Below the pieces are notes generated by a model. The model saw only the letters and a list, made by a program, of their open reading frames with translations, did no database searches and was not told where the DNA came from. A stretch of 64,000 nt of DNA from a plasmid: sequence record CP063550.1; one strand, given 5' to 3'. A program made the position numbers and the translations under genes. Position 1 is the first letter of the stretch. Every line of letters begins with the position of its first letter. Of this stretch, positions 59,030 to 64,000 are shown piece by piece.

Positions 59030-59455
59030 AAAAAATGTTTCCACAGAGGACTTCTTTAATTATTGTCGATTAGAGGAAAGTGGTGTAACAGTCACTAGCG
59101 GTACAGATTTACCGCTGTTTATTACTGATATTCCTGAATCGATTATAAGAGCAGTATTCCGTCGTTTTCCTGAAGGAGAAGAAGTCTGGGAGAAAGAAAC
59201 AAGCTTCACGACAACCGAGCTGCTGAAAAGTTTTACAAGCAACAGCTTCAAAGTAAATGGTTTATCGGAGTACGGAGAAATAAAAGTAGGGAAAAGCGCC
59301 AGCTTAGCTGTTTTCAGCGAGGACCTCTGTACTGATGACTGGCAAAAAGTGATGGCTGCGGAAGTTATCGCTACCTATCTTGATGGTGACTTAGTTTACA
59401 AGAAATAATGCTTTTCGATATAACGTTATAAAACGAATTAAAGAGAGGTTAAAAA

Positions 59456-60856
59456 ATGGAAACAATGAAAAGAAAATTCACCTTCCCACATAGTTATACA
59501 TTGATTTTTATCTTAATTATTTTGGCTGCAATTTTAACTTGGATAATTCCTAGTGGTCAGTTTGAGACAGTTGTTGAAAACGTCGCAGGTATGGAAAAAA
59601 CAACGGTTGTTCCGGGAACCTATCACCAAATCGATAAGGCAGATTATGGACAAGGTTTTTCCTCTATACTAATGGCACCAGCTGAAGGGATTATTTCAGC
59701 TGTTGAGGTTGTTGCTTTTGTTCTCATCGTTGGTGGTGCCTTCGGGATTATCCTAAAAACGGGAGCCATCGATCGAGGGCTGTTTACCTTAGCAAAAGTT
59801 CTGGGAGACAAGGGGATCTTAGTTATTCCGATGTCGATGATTCTATTCAGCTTAGGAGGATCAACCTTTGGCATGAGCGAGGAAGTCATTCCCTTATTTG
59901 CGGTGTTTATTTCTCTGATGTTTTCTCTTGGCTATGATTCCATGACTGCGATCTTGATTCTATTTTTAAGTACACAAGCGGGATATGTTGGGTCGACGAT
60001 TAATCCCTTCAACGTTTTAATCGCACAGGGAGTAGCTGGCGTTTACGGAAATCCCCTGCTTTGGTTTCGGATGCTATCCTGGATTGTCATTACTGGGATT
60101 TCAATTGTTTTCACCATGCTTTATGCTAGCAGAGTCAAAAAGAATCCACTGTCCTCTATTGTTTATGAGAGTGATTTAAAGGTTAAGCATAAGTTTCAAA
60201 ATTTTGACACTGAAAAAGAGTTTTCAACACAAGATAAACTAATTATCGCCGGTTTTATCGTAGGTTTAGGAATCATGATTTGGGGTATCATTTCCAAGGG
60301 ATGGTATATGGTTGAAATTTCTGCACTATTCTTAGGATTAGGTCTTTTTGCTGGGGGCATCGCTAGATTTTCTCAAAAGGAAATTGCTGAAGCTTTTGTC
60401 GAAGGCTGTTCAGATTTCGCCTATGCTGCTGTAATCATTGGGCTAGCTAGAGGAGTCTTGGTAATCTTGGAAGGTGGAATGATTATTGACACTATTCTAA
60501 ACAGCTTGGCTAACCTTTTAGGTGGTCTTCCAAAATTCCTGTTCACTACGATTCTACTCATTTCTCAAGTAATTGTTTCCTTTTTTGTTCCATCCTCCTC
60601 AGGAGCTGCGGCATTAACGATGCCGGTTATGGCACCATTGGGTGATCTAATGAATGTAAGTCGTGATGTTGTTGTTCTAAGTAACCAGTTTGGAAATGGT
60701 TTAATGAATATTATCTCCCCAACTAGTGGTGTATTACTGGCAGGATTAGCCATCGCAGAGATTAATTTCTCTAAATGGTTTAAGGTTGGCTTCAAAATAT
60801 TTGCCATCTTAACCCTTGTTTCTGCTGTTTTGTTATACATTGCTACACTCTTTTAG
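59456..60856 (+). CDS. YfcC/DcuC-like polytopic membrane transporter
   Basis: 466 aa with ~12 predicted transmembrane segments and a pattern like YfcC-family putative antiporters. Confidence 0.6.
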   Translation: METMKRKFTFPHSYTLIFILIILAAILTWIIPSGQFETVVENVAGMEKTTVVPGTYHQIDKADYGQGFSSILMAPAEGIISAVEVVAFVLIVGGAFGIILKTGAIDRGLFTLAKVLGDKGILVIPMSMILFSLGGSTFGMSEEVIPLFAVFISLMFSLGYDSMTAILILFLSTQAGYVGSTINPFNVLIAQGVAGVYGNPLLWFRMLSWIVITGISIVFTMLYASRVKKNPLSSIVYESDLKVKHKFQNFDTEKEFSTQDKLIIAGFIVGLGIMIWGIISKGWYMVEISALFLGLGLFAGGIARFSQKEIAEAFVEGCSDFAYAAVIIGLARGVLVILEGGMIIDTILNSLANLLGGLPKFLFTTILLISQVIVSFFVPSSSGAAALTMPVMAPLGDLMNVSRDVVVLSNQFGNGLMNIISPTSGVLLAGLAIAEINFSKWFKVGFKIFAILTLVSAVLLYIATLF

Positions 60857-60888
60857 TCTTAATCATCCATTAATAGGAGGCAATAGTT

Positions 60889-61035
60889 ATGATTAAAATA
60901 AATCAATTAGCAGGAATGAATATCCACTATTTATTTTATTCTCTCAAAGAATTTTTCGCTTATCAACAGAAAATTGGTATTTCTTCTGTTGAACTTTGGG
61001 GAGGTGCTCCGCATTTTTTCATAGATGCTTTTACT
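60889..61035 (+). pseudogene. 5' fragment of a sugar-phosphate isomerase/epimerase (xylose-isomerase-like TIM barrel) gene, truncated by IS1216 copy 3
   Basis: The ORF MIKINQLAGMNIHY…VELWGGAPHFFIDAFT runs directly into the IS1216 inverted repeat at 61036. Confidence 0.55.
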
Positions 61036-61844
61036 GGTTCTGTTGCAAAGTTTTAAATCTACTATCAAATAAGGTAGAATAATAGAAAAAGATAGCAGGA
61101 GGAATGACGATGAATCATTTTAAAGGAAAGCAATTTCAGCAGGATGTGATTATTGTAGCCGTGGGCTACTATCTTCGTTATAACCTTAGCTATCGTGAAG
61201 TTCGAGAAATCTTATATGATCGTGGCATTAACGTTTCTCATACGACGATTTATCGTTGGGTGTAAGAATATGGCAAACTACTCTATCAAATTTGGAAAAA
61301 GAAAAATAAAAAATCCTTTTATTCATGGAAAATGGATGAAACGTACATCAAAATTAAAGGAAAATGGCATTATTTGTATCGAGCCATCGATGCAGATGGT
61401 TTAACCTTGGATATTTGGTTACGTAAAAAACGGGACACACAAGCAGCCTATGCTTTTCTTAAGCGGTTAGTGAAGCAGTTTGATGAACCGAAGGTTGTAG
61501 TCACAGATAAAGCCCCCTCTATTACAAGTGCCTTTAAGAAACTAAAAGAATACGGCTTTTATCAAGGGACAGAACATCGTACCATTAAATACCTGAATAA
61601 TTTGATTGAACAAGACCATCGTCCAGTAAAGAGACGCAATAAATTCTATCGAAGTTTACGCACTGCCTCTACCACGATTAAAGGCATGGAAGCCATCCGA
61701 GGATTATATAAGAAAACCCGAAAAGAAGGCACTCTCTTCGGGTTTTCGGTCTGTACTGAAATCAAGGTATTATTGGGAATCCAAGCTTAAATCATAGATA
61801 CCGTAAGGGACTTTATTCTTTATTTAAAACTTTGCAACAGAACC
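61036..61844 (+). mobile_element. IS1216-type element, copy 3; the transposase is inactivated by a nonsense mutation
   Basis: Both inverted repeats are present, with the same 809-bp length as copy 1. GTGCAA (copy 1) is GTGTAA here, so a TAA stop follows RWV, and the gene is split into ORFs 61195..61404 and 61332..61790. Confidence 0.85.
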
Positions 61845-61921
61845 TAAAGCATTCCCAAAGAAAACATGCTAAAATCGAGACAGAAATGATTTTCGTGTGA
61901 GGTCTGATTGGAGAGAAAATA

Positions 61922-62782
61922 ATGAACATTGAAAAATTTATTACGGCAAGAAAGGCTGCCAACTTATCTCAAAAAGAAGTGTCTGAAGGAATTTGTACAC
62001 AAGCAACATTAAGTAAATTTGAGAACAATGGTCAAGTCCCTTCGTTAAAAATTTTAATCAAATTATGTAATCGAATCAATCTTCCGTTAGTTGAACTTTT
62101 TTCTTCGATGAACGTGATCAATACACAACTTGATGAACAGCTAGAAAAAGCAGAGTTTTCACTGATTACGAGTGAATATGAACAATTGACACAGATTTTA
62201 GCAGCCATTGATCCCAAGGTAATTGACGAGTCTGAGCTGATTGCACGTTACTACTATCTAAAAGGATTTGAAATGATTTTTACGAATGCACCAATTACGG
62301 ATGTGTTGTTCCATTTTGATCAGTTGTTGATGGCAGAAACAGCCAACACGTTGTTTCGTTTATTGGCATATACAGGTATTGGAATGGTCTATGCTAGAGA
62401 AAAAGAGTTGGAAAAAGCAGAAGTTTATTTCAATCGAGTGTTTGAAAAAATTTATACGTATCCGATTCGTACAACAGAAGATATCTGGCGGGTGTTAAAT
62501 ATCGTCTTTCATTGTGGTGTTTTTTTTGCGCAAGACGGTGATTTGGAAACAAGTGATGCACTACTAAATTACGCAATCGATATTTGTTCGGATAACCATT
62601 TGACTTATTACTTAGCACGAGCTGCTGCCCAATTAGCGAAGAACGCACAGGCTAAAAATAAGTCGAAGGCAGAAGTGCTCGAATTGATTCAAGATGCACT
62701 AGCTTTTGCTAAAATTAATAAAAACAAAAAATTAATTGATGAATTAAATCATATGAAAAAAATGATACTATTGATTAACTAA
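61922..62782 (+). CDS. Rgg/MutR-type (RNPP-like) transcriptional regulator with N-terminal XRE helix-turn-helix
   Basis: QKEVSEGICTQATLSKFENNG helix-turn-helix plus a ~220-aa helical-repeat C-domain. Confidence 0.7.
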   Translation: MNIEKFITARKAANLSQKEVSEGICTQATLSKFENNGQVPSLKILIKLCNRINLPLVELFSSMNVINTQLDEQLEKAEFSLITSEYEQLTQILAAIDPKVIDESELIARYYYLKGFEMIFTNAPITDVLFHFDQLLMAETANTLFRLLAYTGIGMVYAREKELEKAEVYFNRVFEKIYTYPIRTTEDIWRVLNIVFHCGVFFAQDGDLETSDALLNYAIDICSDNHLTYYLARAAAQLAKNAQAKNKSKAEVLELIQDALAFAKINKNKKLIDELNHMKKMILLIN

Positions 62783-63097
62783 GGAAAAAATACTTATTTT
62801 TGTTATGCTAACTTTGAAAAAATTCACCAAAGATGATTAGGGATAGACGGGTATGGCAGCAAGATAGAGTAATAAAATAAAGTCGTAATTATCGTAAAAT
62901 ACGTTACAAAGCATGCTTGATCTCCGTTTGTCGTTGCAGTATTTATTTTAAGTAGGTTAACCATCAAATAGAAAACGATAGTTAGAGGGAAATAAGCAAC
63001 ACACAAAAATGTGTTGTTTGTTTCCCTTATTTGTTTTTTACAATATAAAATTTTATATTAAAATTACCTTATTATATAAAAAAATATATAAAATCGG

Positions 63098-63126
63098 TTG
63101 ACAAATAAATCTAGCAGGCGTATCAT
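63098..63126 (+). promoter_or_regulatory. Sigma-A-type promoter TTGACA-N17-TATCAT
   Basis: Direct reading, about 75 bp upstream of the apbE start. Confidence 0.5.
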
Positions 63127-63201
63127 CTGGTTGTGAAAACAGTAACAAAAATAAAAACTAATTACTCATGTAATCCGTAGTTCAAGTAAAGAAGGTACAA
63201 A

Positions 63202-64000
63202 ATGAATCAGGTGATCGAAGAAACGAAAATCTGGCAAATGATGGGGACAACAATTACATTACAAGTTGGGCATGAAGAGCCTAGTCGATTACTAGCAGAG
63301 TTAGGCGAATGGTTGCACGTTTATGAACATCGCTTCAGCGCACATGATGCAACTTCTGAATTAATGGCCATCAATCAAGCTGCTGGACGACAAGCTGTGA
63401 TTGTACATCCTGAACTTTTTGAGCTCATCAAATTAGGAAAAGCACATAGTTGTGCAAGAAATAGTTATCTGAATATTGCTATTGGTCCGGTTGTACAAAA
63501 ATGGCACATTGGATTTGAAGATGCATTGGTTCCAACAAAAGCAGAGATAACTGAGTTACTTCTGCTAACGGATCCACACCAAATTCAATTAGATGAAAAA
63601 ATGAAAACCGTTTTTTTAACCAAACCAGGAATGATGATTGACTTGGGGGCGTTAGCAAAAGGTTACATTGCAGATAAATTAATTACACATTGCCGAGAGC
63701 GAAATGCAGCGTTTGCTTTAGTTAACTTAGGAGGAAATATCGTTGTTTTTGGTGAATCACCAAGACGTTCGGATGGTGCTTGGCGTATTGGTTTGCGAAA
63801 TCCTAAAGGTTCACGTGAAGAGTCGCTTGCGGTGGTTAAACTAAACAACCAATCTTTAGTTACCTCTGGAATCTACGAACGTTATCTACAAAATGGTTCG
63901 TCAGTGTATCATCACATCATTGATCCGAAAACTGGCTTTCCAGTTAAAAATGACGTAGCAAGCCTGACGATTTTGTCTGATTCTTCTGTAGATGGAGAAA
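63202..64000 (+). CDS. apbE: FAD:protein FMN transferase (ApbE family), 3' end beyond the window
   Basis: Open frame from ATG 63202 (GAAGG ribosome-binding site) to the window edge. Motifs MMGTTITL, GALAKGY and HHIIDPKTG are present. It is absent from the ORF track because it has no stop in the window. Confidence 0.75.
   Translation, partial: MNQVIEETKIWQMMGTTITLQVGHEEPSRLLAELGEWLHVYEHRFSAHDATSELMAINQAAGRQAVIVHPELFELIKLGKAHSCARNSYLNIAIGPVVQKWHIGFEDALVPTKAEITELLLLTDPHQIQLDEKMKTVFLTKPGMMIDLGALAKGYIADKLITHCRERNAAFALVNLGGNIVVFGESPRRSDGAWRIGLRNPKGSREESLAVVKLNNQSLVTSGIYERYLQNGSSVYHHIIDPKTGFPVKNDVASLTILSDSSVDGE

Larger units (their letters stand above)
56435..59408 (+). pseudogene. Amidohydrolase-family gene interrupted by an IS256-family insertion (N-terminal part 56435..57563, C-terminal part 59030..59408)
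   Basis: The reading frame resumes exactly after the IS: ...STVIKN | VSTEDFFNYCRLEESGVTVTSGTDLP.... An 8-bp AAAAAATG duplication flanks the IS. Confidence 0.8.

Overview
This is a low-GC Firmicutes plasmid segment, Enterococcus-like (E. faecium type), in two parts. The first ~17 kb is a plasmid backbone. It contains a RepA_N-family replication initiator with three palindromic iterons inside the coding sequence, an ArdC-like protein, a Toprim/DUF3991 primase-like protein, topoisomerase III (topB), an AbiEi/AbiEii pair, ssb, a cluster of small unknown genes (one very acidic) bracketed by hairpin-rich noncoding loci, and the Axe-Txe toxin-antitoxin pair. The layout resembles a conjugative leading or anti-defence region. 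The remainder is an insertion-sequence-ridden accessory region. It holds IS110, IS30, three IS1216 copies (two inactivated), three IS256-family elements (one truncated, two mosaic), IS982, an IS21 remnant, two ISL3 elements and one IS66 element. It also holds two serine recombinases with res-like sites, three paralogous mannose-family PTS/SIS sugar-utilisation modules (one with a sigma-54 promoter and a LevR-type activator), a RelBE pair, an Rgg-type regulator, a partial apbE gene, and an AT-rich remnant of another conjugative element (coupling-protein fragment, S11 D,D-carboxypeptidase, VanZ-like protein). The observations most worth follow-up are: (1) an AT-rich two-ORF cassette that fuses into a single ~333-aa HEPN/Abi-like gene if a T8 tract gains one T; (2) the small-gene and hairpin cluster downstream of ssb as candidate anti-defence cargo; (3) a candidate type I toxin peptide; (4) a structured 420-bp noncoding repeat region next to repA; and (5) several precisely reconstructible IS insertion and deletion events.
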